DNA of 63,519 nt, counting the filler, from Candidatus Desantisbacteria bacterium CG1_02_49_89 (GTDB lineage Bacteria; Desantisbacteria; UBA1551), in the NCBI GenBank assembly GCA_001871075.1. It is 3 parts of 3 records of this genome, joined end to end, with 100 filler letters (N's around TTAATTAATTAA, not from the genome) between each part and the next. Parts side by side here need not be neighbours in the genome. Positions count along the whole stretch, not along the records: positions 46,910 to 63,519 come from MNUP01000004.1; 2 more parts are not named here. One strand, given 5' to 3'. The position numbers and the translations under genes are program-made. This document shows, in pieces, positions 46,910 to 59,145 of this stretch. Within the stretch, counting starts at the first letter, position 1; each line of letters begins with the position of its first letter. Below the pieces are notes generated by a model. The model was not told the origin of the DNA and ran no database searches. It saw nothing but the letters and a program-made list of their open reading frames with translations.

Positions 46910-49166
46910 AAAACACCCGGATGTTTTTGAGGATATTAAAAAATACGTAAAGAACGGGCAGTGGGAGATAACAGGCGGCACCTGGGTTGAAGGCGATATG
47001 AACATGGCATCGGGTGAAGCCATTGTGCGCCAGATACTTTACGCGAAAAGATACTTTAAGGAAAAATTCAATACGGACGTGGAGATCTGCTGGTCGCCTG
47101 ACACGTTCGGCCACGCATGGACAGTGCCCCAGATACTCGCGAAGAGCGGGATAAAATATTATTATTTCTGCAGGTGCGGCAAAGGGATACCCGCGTTCTG
47201 GTGGGGGTCGCCTGACGGGTCAAGGGTGCTTGCGTTCAACTGGGACTGGTACAACCTTGAAGTGAAGCCCGGGACTGTAAGGAACGCGGTTAGCGCGGCA
47301 AGGAAGGCCGGGCTGAAAGACTGGATGTATGTTTACGGGGTGGGTGACCACGGCGGCGGGCCGAGGAAAGAGGACATAGATAAAGCAATAAGCTTTAACA
47401 GGCTGGACGGTTATCCCAGGATGAAGTTCTCCACTGCCAGGGATTTTTACAAAACACTGGAGAAACAGGAGGGCCTGCCCGCGATAAACACAGAGCTTAA
47501 CTTTGTGTTCGAGGGATGCTACACAACGCACGCTGATATCAAGAAGTATAACCGTGTGCTTGAGAACGCGCTTCCGCAAGCGGAGATGCTTTCCGCCGCT
47601 GCCGCGCTTTACGGGCGGAATTACCCGCAGGATGCTTTCACCGACGCCTGGAGAAAAACCTGCTTCAACCAGTTCCATGACATCTTTGACGGCTCAGCCA
47701 TACACGGTTCCTATGCATACTCAAAAAAATTGTTCAACATAGCTTATGAAACAGCGGTTCTCGAGCTTGACGGTTCTTTAAAAACAATGGGTTCTAAAAT
47801 AAAGTTCCAGGAGAAAACAGGGACACCGGTCCTTGTGTTCAACACTCTGTCCTGGCAAAGGGATGATATCTGCGAGATAAAGATCCCGGTAGGATCAGCG
47901 AAGGAAAAATTCAGGATATTCGAGGGAAAAAATGAGGTGCCCTCCCAGTTCACAGGCATTGAAGAAGACGAGAACGGAAAGCTTTTCCTTAAAATCGTTT
48001 TTATCGCAAGGGACGTGCCGGCTGCGGGCTATAAAACTTATTACGCCTTGCAGGGATCCGGTCCTCAAATCGGCGGCGGAGAATCGTTAAGAGCGGGTGT
48101 GACCTCATCCACTATCAAGGCTGAGAACAAGTTCTATAAAATTACCATTGACCCGCTTACAGGCTGCATATCAGGCATCTTCGACAAAGAGAACAGTTAC
48201 GAGATCCTGCCAACGCTGGAAAGCGCGAACATGCTGCAGCTGCTTTTTGAAAAACCGCACGATATGTCCGCCTGGAACATAGGCAAGATATCCAGGACCG
48301 AGGACCTCAGTTTGGACTGCACTGTCACGCTTGTGGAAGACGGGCCTGCAAGGATAAGGGTCCGCGTGTGCCGCGTTTTCGGCAGTTCTTCGTTCTGCCA
48401 GGACATTGTGCTTTACGACGGGATGCGGCGGATCGATTTCCCCTGCCGCGTAGACTGGCAGGAACAGGGAACAAAATTAATAGATAGCCCGATGTTGAAA
48501 GTCGCGTTCCCTTTTTCGCTGAAAGAAAGCTCAGCGCGGTTCGAGATACCGTTCGGCAGCATAACAAGGCCTGCGAACGGGCACGAATACCCGTCGCAGA
48601 AATGGATGGACGTCAGCGGAATCACAGAATCCGGAATTGCATACGGGCTGAGCCTGCTGAACGACAGCAAATACGGATGCGACGTAAAAGAAGGCGTGAT
48701 GCGCCTGACCCTGTTGAGGTCCTCTTATGATCCGGACCCCAGGCCGGACAAAGGCATCCAGGAATTCACGTATTCTCTCTTTCCTCACAAAGGCAGGTGG
48801 GACGCGCGCACTGTCCGCGCAGGTTACGAGCTCAATAACCCATTAGTTTGCATTCCCGTCGAACGTCGAACGTCGAACGTCGTACGTCAGGATCTGCCCG
48901 AGATACATTCATTTCTATCCCTGGAACCGCAGAATCTGATACTTACCGCTTTCAAAAAAGCTGAGGATTCGGACGATATCATAATAAGATTTTACGAAAG
49001 CGAAGGCAGGGAAACCAGTGCGGAGATAAAATTCGGGTTTCAGGTGAAGGAAGCGGGGGAAACCGACCTTATGGAAAAGGAAATACGCGGCATACCCTTG
49101 CAGGACGGCAAAATAACGCTGAAAACCGGGAAATACGAGATCAAAACACTCAGATTAAAGATGTAA
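46910..49166 (+). CDS. GH38 alpha-mannosidase (5'-truncated)
   Basis: GGTWVE, WSPDTFGH, GVGDHGGG, NQFHDI, LLNDSKYG, LTLLRS. Confidence 0.92.
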
Positions 49167-49210
49167 TATTTATCTATTGATGTTCGCTTAATTGATTGAC
49201 TTCTTTTGAT

Positions 49211-49318
49211 GTCATTGCAACCCGCCCTTGTCCGCCAATTCTTATGGTGGAAGTATTCGTGGCGGGGAAGCAATCCCGTCGTTAAAAACGAGATTGCTTC
49301 GCTATTGCTCGCAAAGAC
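49211..49318. repeat. GTCATTGC...GCAATC...GATTGCTTCG...CTCGCAAAGAC palindromic element carrying nested CCCGCC..GGCGGG hairpins
   Basis: Same family at 46329-46373 (partial) and 60031-60120. Confidence 0.85.
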
Positions 49319-49360
49319 AACTGTCAAGATATTACGCAATACTCAGTAACTATATTATAT

Positions 49361-49388
49361 TTGACAATTTTTATTTTTATGCTATAAT
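49361..49388 (+). promoter_or_regulatory. sigma70 promoter upstream of hisH
   Basis: TTGACA-16nt-TATAAT with extended -10 TG. Confidence 0.7.
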
Positions 49389-49582
49389 TATATTATAAAG
49401 CAACGGCGCTTTTTCAATGGAGAAGAAGCGTCTTTTTTGTTTAAAAGACGATTACGGTGATTATTAAAAGATGATTACAGTGATTGTCTAAAGAAGATGC
49501 TTGATAAAGTAATTTTAATATTTTTAACTAGGATCCAGGATCTAGCATCCAGGATCTGAGCGAACAGTCTTCGGGAGACGGC

Positions 49583-50197
49583 ATGATAGCGGTAATAAAC
49601 TACGGGGCGGGAAACCTATACAGCATAAGCAAGGCACTCGAAGGGCTGGGCGCGAGCGTAAAAATAACCGACTCCCCTTCTGTTCTTAGTTCTGCTTCCG
49701 CGGTCGTGCTTCCGGGTGTCGGCGCTTTTGACGAAGCTATGGCTATTCTGCGGAAAACCGGGCTGGCGGATGCCATAAAAAGATCTGCCGAAGGCGGCAA
49801 GCCGTTTTTGGGCATATGCCTGGGCATGCAGCTCCTGTTCAGCGGAAGCGAAGAAGGCAAAAGCAAGGGCCTTGGTATTTTTAAAGGCACGGTCAGGCAG
49901 TTCAGCCGCAAACTGAAGGTACCGCACATGGGATGGAATGTTGTCAGGCAAAGAAATCAGTCACCGTTATGGAAAGGCTTGCCTGGCCGAAGGTGCTGGA
50001 TGTATTTCGCGCACTCTTTCTACCCAATACCAGCGGATAAGGAAGTTATCGCCGCAACAACCGATTACGGCGTTAAATTCGCCTCGATGGTCCGCAGGGA
50101 TAACGTGTTAGGGACCCAGTTCCACCCGGAAAAGAGCGGCACTTACGGGCTTATATTCCTTAAGAACTTCCTTGAACTAATTCATACGAAAGAATAA
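49583..50197 (+). CDS. hisH: Imidazole glycerol phosphate synthase glutaminase subunit
   Basis: PGVGAF, GICLGMQ, VPHMGWN, QFHPEKS. Confidence 0.97.
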   Translation: MIAVINYGAGNLYSISKALEGLGASVKITDSPSVLSSASAVVLPGVGAFDEAMAILRKTGLADAIKRSAEGGKPFLGICLGMQLLFSGSEEGKSKGLGIFKGTVRQFSRKLKVPHMGWNVVRQRNQSPLWKGLPGRRCWMYFAHSFYPIPADKEVIAATTDYGVKFASMVRRDNVLGTQFHPEKSGTYGLIFLKNFLELIHTKE

Positions 50198-50289
50198 CCA
50201 CGGAGACACAGAGGCACAGAGAAATTCTTGGTTTTAAACTTGACCCTTGATACTTGACCCTTGATACTTTATTTAAAAAAGGAGAGGAT

Positions 50290-51231
50290 ATGCTGGCAAA
50301 AAGGATAATACCGTGCCTGGACGTGAAGAATGGCAGGGTTGTCAAGGGCATACACTTCAGGAACCTGCGGGATGCCGGTGACCCTGTGCAGAACGCGGCT
50401 TTCTACAGCAAAGAAAGCGCTGATGAGCTTGTATTCCTGGATATCACGGCTACGATTGAAAACCGCAAAACTGTCGTTAATATGGTCAGGAAAACAGCTG
50501 CCAGGGTATTTATCCCTTTCGCGGTCGGCGGTGGGATCAGGAACATCAAAGACATCGGGGTCCTGCTCAGATCAGGCGCGGACAAGATCTCCATAAACAC
50601 CGCGGCTATAAAAGACCCCCTGCTGATAAAAAGGGCTTCCCGCAAATTCGGGAGCCAGTGCGTGGTGGTGGCGATAGACGCCAAAAGAATCACCAAAGTC
50701 AAAAGTCAAATTGCAAAATGTAAAATGTCCCCCCTTGCCCTTAATGGGCAGGCAGAGGGGATTTCGCTGCCAGCTCAACAAAAGTTTAAAACCCTTACAC
50801 GTAACACGTTATCCGCCCCGATGAATATCGGGGCGAGACCTCGCCCCAGTGCTTACTGGGGCGGGCACCTTACACCGTCTTCAAGGTGGGAAGTTTACGT
50901 CAACGGCGGGAATACACCGACCGGCATAGACGCGGTGAAGTGGGCGAAGAAAGCGGAAAAACTGGGGGCCGGCGAGATACTTCTGACAAGCATGGACAGG
51001 GACGGAACTTTAGACGGGTACGACATCCCCCTTACGCGCGCTGTCAGCGAAGCCGTGAATATCCCGGTGATAGCGTCCGGCGGAGTGGGAAACCTGAAAC
51101 ACCTGTATGACGGCATAGCGAAGGGAAAGGCGGACGCTGTGCTTGCCGCTTCCATATTCCACTATAGAAAATATTCGATACGCCAGGCAAAGCAATACCT
51201 TAGAAAACGGGGCATACCCGTGAGAATATAG
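50290..51231 (+). CDS. hisF: Imidazole glycerol phosphate synthase cyclase subunit with about 60-aa repeat-derived insertion
   Basis: [34 protein letters not shown]; insertion between AIDAKR and WEV. Confidence 0.96.
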   Translation: MLAKRIIPCLDVKNGRVVKGIHFRNLRDAGDPVQNAAFYSKESADELVFLDITATIENRKTVVNMVRKTAARVFIPFAVGGGIRNIKDIGVLLRSGADKISINTAAIKDPLLIKRASRKFGSQCVVVAIDAKRITKVKSQIAKCKMSPLALNGQAEGISLPAQQKFKTLTRNTLSAPMNIGARPRPSAYWGGHLTPSSRWEVYVNGGNTPTGIDAVKWAKKAEKLGAGEILLTSMDRDGTLDGYDIPLTRAVSEAVNIPVIASGGVGNLKHLYDGIAKGKADAVLAASIFHYRKYSIRQAKQYLRKRGIPVRI

Positions 51232-51439
51232 GAAAAGCGTGTCAACGTGTCAACGTGTCAGCGTGTCAGAGTTTAAAAATAATCCTGGATTAAGGAATTT
51301 TACCTTTGACTTTGTCCCCGCAGATTTCTTATGAAATCTAGACGCTGGGATCCCTTAGGGACGATTTGACTTTTGACCTTTGAGTTCTCCGTGCCTCCGT
51401 GGTAATTTTGTAAATCCGTATGCATCCGCAAAAACAAAA

Positions 51440-52975
51440 ATGCAAGAGACAATATTAATACTAAATTTCGGCTCGCAGTATGACCAGCTCATAGCCCGCA
51501 GAGTGCGGGAAAACAACGTATTCTGCCGTGTTGTCCCATACAATATCAATCCCCGCAAGATAAGGGAGATCTCACCCAAGGGCATCATTTTTACAGGCAG
51601 CCCTGCCAGCACCTACAAAAGCAACATCAAACCCAAATCTGAAATCTTTGATCTTGGGATCCCGATTTTGGGCATATGCTACGGAATGCAGGTCATCGCG
51701 CACATGCTCAAAGGGAAGGTCAGCAAAGCAAAAAAAAGGGAATACGGGAACACGCCCGTCTCAATCCTGCGCAACGAAAAATTATTCGCCGGGATCCCGA
51801 AAAAATTTATCTGCTGGATGAGCCACGGGGACTATGTGGCAAAAATGCCCTGCGGTTTTGAAAGGATCGCATCCACAGGCAACACGGACATTGCCGCGAT
51901 GGCGGATAAAAAAAGGAATATCTGGGCTGTCCAGTTCCACCCTGAAGTGATCCACACCCGGCACGGCAAACAGCTTTTCCGAAACTTCCTTTATAAAATA
52001 TGCGGGTGCAGCGGCGACTGGACAATGGGATCATTAATCAAAGAGTCGATCGCTGATATCAGGGCAAGCGCAAAGGGCGGTAGGGTCCTTCTCGGCTTAA
52101 GCGGGGGCGTTGATTCGTCCGTGTGCGCGGTCCTTATTCATAAAGCGATAGGCAAGAAACTTACCTGTATATTCGTGGACAACGGCCTGCTGAGGAAAAA
52201 CGAGGGAAAACGGGTGCAAGACGTTTTCCGCAGGAATTTCAGGCTTAACCTGCGGTATGTCAATGCCTCCCGCAGGTTCCTGAAGAAACTCAAAGGCGTG
52301 CTTGACCCTGAACGCAAACGCAAGATCATAGGAATAGAATTCATCCGCGTTTTTGAGGCAGAGGCAAAAAAGCTGGGAAAGGCCGAATACCTCGCTCAGG
52401 GAACCCTGTACCCGGACGTGATCGAATCCCGCTCAGCTCTTGGCGGGCCAAGCGCCCGCATCAAAACCCACCACAACGTGGGAGGCCTGCCGGAAAAAAT
52501 GAAACTGAAACTCATAGAACCGCTTAAATATCTTTTCAAGGATGAGGTAAGAAAGCTGGGCCTGGAACTCGGGATGCCCGAAGAGATCATATGGCGCCAG
52601 CCTTTCCCCGGGCCCGGGCTTGCGGTGCGGGTCATAGGTGAAGTCACAAAGGAACGCCTGGATATACTGCGGGAAGTTGACAGGCTGGTTGTGATCGCGA
52701 TGAAAAAAGCAGGGCTTTACAGAAAATTATGGCAGTCATTCGCAGTCCTGCTGCCGGTAAAAAGCGTGGGAGTGATGGGCGATGAGCGGACCTATGAGAA
52801 CGCGGCCGCCCTGCGCATGGTAACAAGCGAGGACGCGATGACAGCTGACTGGGCGCGCGTCCCCTACACCATCCTCGCTGAGCTTTCAAACCAGATAATA
52901 AACGAGGTTAAGGGCGTGAACCGGGTTGTATACGACATCTCTTCCAAACCGCCTTCCACGATCGAGTGGGAATGA
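51440..52975 (+). CDS. guaA: GMP synthase
   Basis: [43 protein letters not shown]. Confidence 0.98.
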   Translation: MQETILILNFGSQYDQLIARRVRENNVFCRVVPYNINPRKIREISPKGIIFTGSPASTYKSNIKPKSEIFDLGIPILGICYGMQVIAHMLKGKVSKAKKREYGNTPVSILRNEKLFAGIPKKFICWMSHGDYVAKMPCGFERIASTGNTDIAAMADKKRNIWAVQFHPEVIHTRHGKQLFRNFLYKICGCSGDWTMGSLIKESIADIRASAKGGRVLLGLSGGVDSSVCAVLIHKAIGKKLTCIFVDNGLLRKNEGKRVQDVFRRNFRLNLRYVNASRRFLKKLKGVLDPERKRKIIGIEFIRVFEAEAKKLGKAEYLAQGTLYPDVIESRSALGGPSARIKTHHNVGGLPEKMKLKLIEPLKYLFKDEVRKLGLELGMPEEIIWRQPFPGPGLAVRVIGEVTKERLDILREVDRLVVIAMKKAGLYRKLWQSFAVLLPVKSVGVMGDERTYENAAALRMVTSEDAMTADWARVPYTILAELSNQIINEVKGVNRVVYDISSKPPSTIEWE

Positions 52976-53125
52976 TTAATACAGTCGTGCGTCGGACGTC
53001 TTGCGTCGAACGTTTCACTACGTCATGCATATAAATCTTTAAAACATACAACCCGCTAGGGCGATGTATGACGGTATTTTCGTACGACGCACGACTTACG
53101 ACGTTCGACGAATACAGGAGAAAGA

Positions 53126-54709
53126 ATGGCAAAATACATATTCGTAACAGGCGGGGTTGTTTCTTCACTTGGCAAAGGGATCACTGCGGCATCCATAGGA
53201 TGCCTGTTAAAGAACTGCGGGCTTAAGGTCAACATCCTCAAGATAGACCCTTATATCAACGTGGACCCGGGGACAATGAGCCCTTTCCAGCACGGCGAGG
53301 TTTATGTGACTGATGACGGAGCTGAGACAGACCTGGACTTGGGCTATTACGAACGGTTTATGGACGTAAGCCTTACTCAGGATAACAATTTCACTACCGG
53401 AAGGATATACGACACGATCATATCACGGGAAAGGCGGGGAGATTTCCTGGGCGGGACTGTCCAGGTGATCCCCCATGTTACCAATGAAATTATATCCAGG
53501 ATCAGGAAACTCGGGTCTAACTGCGACGTGGTCATCACAGAGATCGGAGGGACCACCGGAGATATAGAAGGCCTGCCTTTCCTGGAAGCTATAAGGCAGT
53601 TCAGGCTGGACCTGGGAAGGGAAAACGCCTGCTACGTGCACGTGACACTTGTCCCCTACATACGCGCGGCTGATGAGATGAAAACAAAACCCACCCAGCA
53701 GAGCGTTGCGAAACTGAGGGAGATAGGCATCGAACCCCAGATCCTTATATGCAGGACCGAAAAAACCCTTCCGGAAAGCATGAAGAAAAAGATCGCTCTG
53801 TTCTGCAATGTCCAGGAAAAAGCCGTTATAGAGGAAAAGGACGTATCTTTCAGCATTTACGAAGTCCCTGTGATGCTCAAGAAACAGGGAATGGACAGGC
53901 TCATACTTGAAATGCTGAATCTAAAAACCAGGCCCAGCAAGATGTCCGGCTGGGAAAAGATGCTTGACAAGATGAAACGGAGTAGAAAAAAGGTCACTAT
54001 CGCCGTTGCGGGCAAATACACGAACCTGCGGGACGCCTATAAAAGCATATGGGAAGCGCTCTTGCACGCGGGAACCGCGAATTCCGCCAGCATCCAGGTA
54101 AAATACGTTGACGTTGAGACCAGGAACCTGAAAAAAGAGCTGAAGGGAGCGGACGGCATACTTGTTCCCGGAGGATTCGGGGACAGGGGCATAGAGGGAA
54201 AGATCGAGGTGGTCAGGTTCGCGAGGGAAAACAAGATACCGTTCCTGGGCCTGTGCCTGGGGATGCAGTGCGCTGTCATTGAGTTCGCCAGGAACGTATG
54301 CGGGTTGAAAGGCGCGAACAGCACGGAATTCAATCCCAAAACGCCCTTTCCTGTGATCGACATGATGCTCGAACAGAAAAAGCTGGCACAGAAAGGCGGG
54401 ACAATGCGGCTGGGTGAATACCCCTGCGAGATAAAGAAAAATTCCCTGGCGCTGCGCGCGTATAAAAAGAACCTTGTTTTCGAACGCCACCGCCACAGGT
54501 ACGAGCTGAATAACGAATTCAGGGAATTGCTGGAATTAAAGGGGCTGAAAATAACCGGGGAATGCAGGGGCAGGAAACTTGTCGAGATCGTGGAGATCGA
54601 AAAGCACCCCTGGTTTGTCGCGGTGCAGTTCCACCCGGAATTTAAATCCAGGCCCAACCGCCCCCATCCCCTGTTCACGGATTTCATAAAGTCTGCAGTT
54701 AAGCGTTAA
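53126..54709 (+). CDS. pyrG: CTP synthase
   Basis: [37 protein letters not shown]. Confidence 0.98.
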   Translation: MAKYIFVTGGVVSSLGKGITAASIGCLLKNCGLKVNILKIDPYINVDPGTMSPFQHGEVYVTDDGAETDLDLGYYERFMDVSLTQDNNFTTGRIYDTIISRERRGDFLGGTVQVIPHVTNEIISRIRKLGSNCDVVITEIGGTTGDIEGLPFLEAIRQFRLDLGRENACYVHVTLVPYIRAADEMKTKPTQQSVAKLREIGIEPQILICRTEKTLPESMKKKIALFCNVQEKAVIEEKDVSFSIYEVPVMLKKQGMDRLILEMLNLKTRPSKMSGWEKMLDKMKRSRKKVTIAVAGKYTNLRDAYKSIWEALLHAGTANSASIQVKYVDVETRNLKKELKGADGILVPGGFGDRGIEGKIEVVRFARENKIPFLGLCLGMQCAVIEFARNVCGLKGANSTEFNPKTPFPVIDMMLEQKKLAQKGGTMRLGEYPCEIKKNSLALRAYKKNLVFERHRHRYELNNEFRELLELKGLKITGECRGRKLVEIVEIEKHPWFVAVQFHPEFKSRPNRPHPLFTDFIKSAVKR

Positions 54710-54824
54710 ATGATAACCACGGAGACACGGAGGCACAGAGGAATACATTCAGCCACGGATAATACCTACTTGTCAACTTTGTAAACTTCTGTAAACTATG
54801 TAAACTGTATTTTGTTAAGGAAAA

Positions 54825-56219
54825 ATGATTAAGCATTCGTGCGGGATTTTTGGGGTATTCGGGCACAGGAACGCGGCTGAGCTGACGTACCTGGGGCTTT
54901 ATGCTCTTCAGCACCGGGGACAGGAAAGCGCCGGCATCGTTGTTTCGGACGGCCGAAGTATGAGGCACTGGCGCGGCATGGGCCTTGTCAGCGAGGTCTT
55001 TACCCCTGAGGTCCTCTCAGGCCTTCAGGGAAAAACAGCCATCGGCCATGTCCGCTATTCAACAACAGGCTCTTCAACAGCCAAAAACGTCCAGCCCTTC
55101 GTTGTCGAGTATTTCGGGACATCCCTGGCTGTGGCGCACAACGGCAATATAGTGAATGCCGCCGCTTTGCGCGAAAAACTTGAATCCTCCGGTTCCATAT
55201 TCCAGTCCACGATGGACAGCGAACTGCTCCTGCACCTGATAGCTAAATCCAGGGAATCTGATTTCAGAGATAAGGTCTCAGCATCGCTTGGAAAGCTCAA
55301 AGGAGCGTTCTCTATACTCCTGCTGACCGAGAACCAGTTCATTGCCGCAAGAGACCCGCACGGGTTCAGGCCGCTTTGCCTGGGCAGGATAGATGGGGCA
55401 TGGGTGGTCTCTTCAGAAACCTGCGCGCTTGACCTTATCCATGCCGGTTACGTGAGGGACGTGGAACCGGGCGAGATCATTTTCTTTGATGAAAACGGCC
55501 TGCATTCCTTCAAACCCCCGACGGAAACAAAACACTCATTCTGCATTTTTGAAATGATATATTTCGCAAGGCCTGACAGTAATATTTTCGGGGGCAATGT
55601 TTCCACGGCAAGAGAATGCCTGGGCATGCGGCTCGCAAAGGAGCACCCGGCAAAAACGGACCTGGTGATGCCGGTCCCTGATTCAGGGACGTACGCGGCG
55701 CTTGGGTACGCGCAGGAATCAGGCATCCCTTTTGATATGGGTTTTGTAAGGAACCACTACGTGGGCAGGACGTTCATCCAGCCGTCCCAGGAAATAAGGG
55801 ACCTCGGTGTCAGGATAAAACTGAACCCCGTGCAGGAAACAGTCAGGGGCAAACGCATAGCCGTAATTGAAGACTCGATAGTCAGGGGTACAACCAGCAG
55901 CATAAGGATGAAGGCTCTGCGGGAAGCAGGCGCGAAGGAGATACACATGAGGGTATCCTGCCCTCCCCTGCGCCACCCCTGTTTTTACGGGATAGATTTC
56001 CCGACACGCGCCGAACTCACCGCGGCATCGCACAGCGTTGAGGAGATACGCAGGCGCATTGGGGTTGACACCCTGGGTTACCTCAGCCTTGAAGGCATGC
56101 TTGGATCGATGCCGGTGTCCGGAAAAAACTTCTGCACTGCCTGCTTTACCGGCAGGTATCCGGTGCAGGTGAAGAAAGAGCTCTCAAAATACGCATTCGA
56201 GAAAAAATGCAAAGATTAA
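54825..56219 (+). CDS. purF: Amidophosphoribosyltransferase (canonical, short propeptide)
   Basis: CGIFG, LQHRGQE, GHVRYST, AHNGN, EDSIVRGTT, CTACF. Confidence 0.97.
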   Translation: MIKHSCGIFGVFGHRNAAELTYLGLYALQHRGQESAGIVVSDGRSMRHWRGMGLVSEVFTPEVLSGLQGKTAIGHVRYSTTGSSTAKNVQPFVVEYFGTSLAVAHNGNIVNAAALREKLESSGSIFQSTMDSELLLHLIAKSRESDFRDKVSASLGKLKGAFSILLLTENQFIAARDPHGFRPLCLGRIDGAWVVSSETCALDLIHAGYVRDVEPGEIIFFDENGLHSFKPPTETKHSFCIFEMIYFARPDSNIFGGNVSTARECLGMRLAKEHPAKTDLVMPVPDSGTYAALGYAQESGIPFDMGFVRNHYVGRTFIQPSQEIRDLGVRIKLNPVQETVRGKRIAVIEDSIVRGTTSSIRMKALREAGAKEIHMRVSCPPLRHPCFYGIDFPTRAELTAASHSVEEIRRRIGVDTLGYLSLEGMLGSMPVSGKNFCTACFTGRYPVQVKKELSKYAFEKKCKD

Positions 56220-56547
56220 GATTTCCACCCCCGCAGCCCGTTATCGGGCTAACGCGGGGATTTCGCTTCCCGCTCAACGAAAGCACTCCGCCCGTCTTTC
56301 AGCGGGCGAGACTTCGCCCACCTGAAAGGATGGGCGAGGAAAGCACGAAAAATTCAGCCACGGATATCCACGGATAAATAATTTTTTAGCTTTTACAAAT
56401 GGCTAAAAACTAATGACAAATAACTGCCTTTTAACCACGGATGCACACGGATTTGCACGGATTAATCTTCTATCTGATACTTGACACTAAAAATAATCAC
56501 CGTAATCGCAGTTAAAAATCACCGTAATCATGATTTTAGGGGGAACA

Positions 56548-57249
56548 ATGGCTGAGAAAAAAGTATCGTCGCAAATGAAGCAGATCGAAGCGCTGTCAAA
56601 AATAAGCCAGGCGATATCGTCGGATCTGTACCTTGAGGATATCCTGCGCCTGATAGTGACCGTTACAGCCGAGGTGATGAACTCCAAAATATGCTCCCTG
56701 ATGCTCCTGAACGAGAGGGGCGAACTGGAGCTTAAAGCCACCCAGGCTGTAAGCGAGGCGTATAGGAAAAAACCTTCCCTGAAGCTGGGCGAAGGCATAG
56801 CCGGAAAAGCGGCGCGGGAGAACAAGCCGGTGATCGTCCCTGACGTGAAAGAAGAATCCAGCTATATGAGCCAGGATATTGCGGTGCGGGAAGGCCTTTG
56901 CTCGCTCTTAAGCCTTCCGCTTGCCGCGAAAGGAAAGGTCATAGGCGTCCTGAATCTTTATACCTCATCGCCGCACAAGTTCACGAAGAGCGAAATAGCA
57001 ACACTCACTGCCGTTGCCAACCAGTCAGCTGTCGTCATAGAGAATTCCAGGCTCCTGGTGCAGACAAAAGTGGTGCAGGAAGAACTTGAAACAAGGAAAC
57101 TCGTTGAGCGCGCGAAGGGAATACTCATGAAACAGGGACTCTCGGAGCAGGAGGCGTTCCGGAAGATCCAGAAGAAGAGCATGGACCTGCGCAAACCGAT
57201 GAAGGATATCGCCGAGGCAATAATCCTTACAAGCGAGATAGAAAAATAA
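56548..57249 (+). CDS. GAF and ANTAR domain RNA-binding regulator
   Basis: GEGIAG GAF domain; RKLVERAKGILM...AF..IQKKSMD ANTAR domain. Confidence 0.9.
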   Translation: MAEKKVSSQMKQIEALSKISQAISSDLYLEDILRLIVTVTAEVMNSKICSLMLLNERGELELKATQAVSEAYRKKPSLKLGEGIAGKAARENKPVIVPDVKEESSYMSQDIAVREGLCSLLSLPLAAKGKVIGVLNLYTSSPHKFTKSEIATLTAVANQSAVVIENSRLLVQTKVVQEELETRKLVERAKGILMKQGLSEQEAFRKIQKKSMDLRKPMKDIAEAIILTSEIEK

Positions 57250-57336
57250 GAACCTGAAGCTGCGCTTCAGAACCTTGTTGCTTGCCGACTAAAAGTCGAA
57301 GGTATGACGCAATGAAATCGCAGCAGAAACGGTAAA

Positions 57337-58149
57337 ATGATGGAAAAAGGTATCTTTAAATTAACAATTTGCTCCCTCGCTGTAATTTGCGCCTGCGGGT
57401 GCGCCAGAAGGCATTCCATAACCATGGCCGGGTCCACGGCATTCCTCCCCTTCGCCGAACAACTGGCTGAGGATTACATGAAAAAGTTCCCCGGGACAAA
57501 CATAAACGTCCAGGGCGGAGGTTCTGCCGTAGGTATACAGTCCGCCCTGAACGGAACAGCGCAGATAGGAATGGCTGACTTGATAACACTCCCGGAATCG
57601 GCAAAGGACCTGAAGAAATTCGTTGCCGCAAATGACGGAATATGCCTGATAGTGCACCCGTCCAATAAAGTGGAAAACCTGACAACCAAGCAGATAAGGG
57701 GAATTTATTCAGGCGAGATCAAAAACTGGAAGGAAGTCGGCGGGATCGACAAGCCCATAACGGTCGTGTCCAGGGAGGCAGGATCAGGCACGAGGTCCTC
57801 GTTTGAAGACCTTATGTTCAAGGGCATAAAACTGGCGGGCAGCGCGATAATCGGTGATTCGAACGGCACTGTCCGCGAAATGGTCATCAACGATCCATAC
57901 GCCATCGGATATATTTCGCACGGCGTCGTTAATGAGAAGGTTAAAGCGTTGAAAGTTGACGGAGTTCCTCCGGAATACGACAACTTCGTATGCGGCAGGT
58001 ACAAGCTGCTGCGCCCCATTTACCTGCTGATAAGGGCTGAATACGAAACCCAGACAAAAGAAATCCTTGAATATATATTAGGCCCGGAAGGACAGGACAC
58101 TATTAAGGAACAGGGACTAATTCCGGCCGGTGCCTGCGGCAAATACTGA
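57337..58149 (+). CDS. pstS: Phosphate ABC transporter substrate-binding protein
   Basis: AGST, GGGSAVG, REAGSGTR. Confidence 0.92.
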   Translation: MMEKGIFKLTICSLAVICACGCARRHSITMAGSTAFLPFAEQLAEDYMKKFPGTNINVQGGGSAVGIQSALNGTAQIGMADLITLPESAKDLKKFVAANDGICLIVHPSNKVENLTTKQIRGIYSGEIKNWKEVGGIDKPITVVSREAGSGTRSSFEDLMFKGIKLAGSAIIGDSNGTVREMVINDPYAIGYISHGVVNEKVKALKVDGVPPEYDNFVCGRYKLLRPIYLLIRAEYETQTKEILEYILGPEGQDTIKEQGLIPAGACGKY

Positions 58150-58162
58150 CAGGAATAGGAAC

Positions 58163-59011
58163 ATGAAAAACGCAAAGGAAGTCGTGGTTGAAAAAAGCCT
58201 GATGCTGATCGCGTTCTCCGCGATCTTCATGCTTTTCTTGATAGCCGTGTTTATTTTTAAAGAAGGCAGCCCCCTGATATTCAAGATCGGCTTGAAGAAT
58301 TTCATATTAAGCGCAAAATGGTCGCCTCTGGAAGGGCAATTCGGCATTCTCGCGATGATCATTGGTTCGCTGTGGATCACAGCAGGAGCTCTTGTTATCG
58401 GCGTTCCCCTGGGCCTGGGGTGCGCGATACTCCTTTCTGAATTTTTGCCCCGCGGGATAACAGCATTCTTAAAACCTACCATCGAGCTGCTTGCCGGAAT
58501 ACCTTCTGTTGTTTACGGATTCATAGGCGTGGTCGTGCTTGTTCCATTCATAAGGGAACGCTTCGGCGGTCCCGGGCTATCTGTTCTTGCGGGATCGATC
58601 ATTCTGGGGATCATGATCCTGCCGACAATAATAAGTATTTCCATCGACGCGCTGCAGGCAGTGCCTCGCTCCTACAGGGAAGGTTCCCTCGCGCTCGGAG
58701 CGACACAGTGGCAGACGATCAGCATGGTTACGCTGAAGGCGGCGCGCTCAGGGATCCTGGCAAGCATCATACTCGGTATGGGAAGGGCTGTGGGCGAAAC
58801 TATGGCGGTAATTATGGTGGCAGGTAACGCCGTGAAAATACCCAATTCCATTTTTAATCCCGCGCGCACGCTGACAACCAACATAGCGCTGGAAATGGGT
58901 TTCGCGACCGGTGACCACAGGGCTGCGCTTTTCGCCACAGGGGTAGTGCTTTTCGTCATAATAATGATCCTGAACATCCTGGCAAATTATGCATTCGGCA
59001 AACGCAAGTAA
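58163..59011 (+). CDS. pstC: Phosphate ABC transporter permease
   Basis: ELLAGIPSVVYG, RAVGETMAVIMVAGN. Confidence 0.95.
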   Translation: MKNAKEVVVEKSLMLIAFSAIFMLFLIAVFIFKEGSPLIFKIGLKNFILSAKWSPLEGQFGILAMIIGSLWITAGALVIGVPLGLGCAILLSEFLPRGITAFLKPTIELLAGIPSVVYGFIGVVVLVPFIRERFGGPGLSVLAGSIILGIMILPTIISISIDALQAVPRSYREGSLALGATQWQTISMVTLKAARSGILASIILGMGRAVGETMAVIMVAGNAVKIPNSIFNPARTLTTNIALEMGFATGDHRAALFATGVVLFVIIMILNILANYAFGKRK

Positions 59012-59145
59012 ATATGATTACACCGATTGTTAACACAGATTACACCGATTACAAACTATACAACTAATTTCGTTATTTAATTGAATATTTTTAAATCTGT
59101 GTAATCGTTTTACAGAATCTGTGTAATCAAATCCGAAGGATTCTA

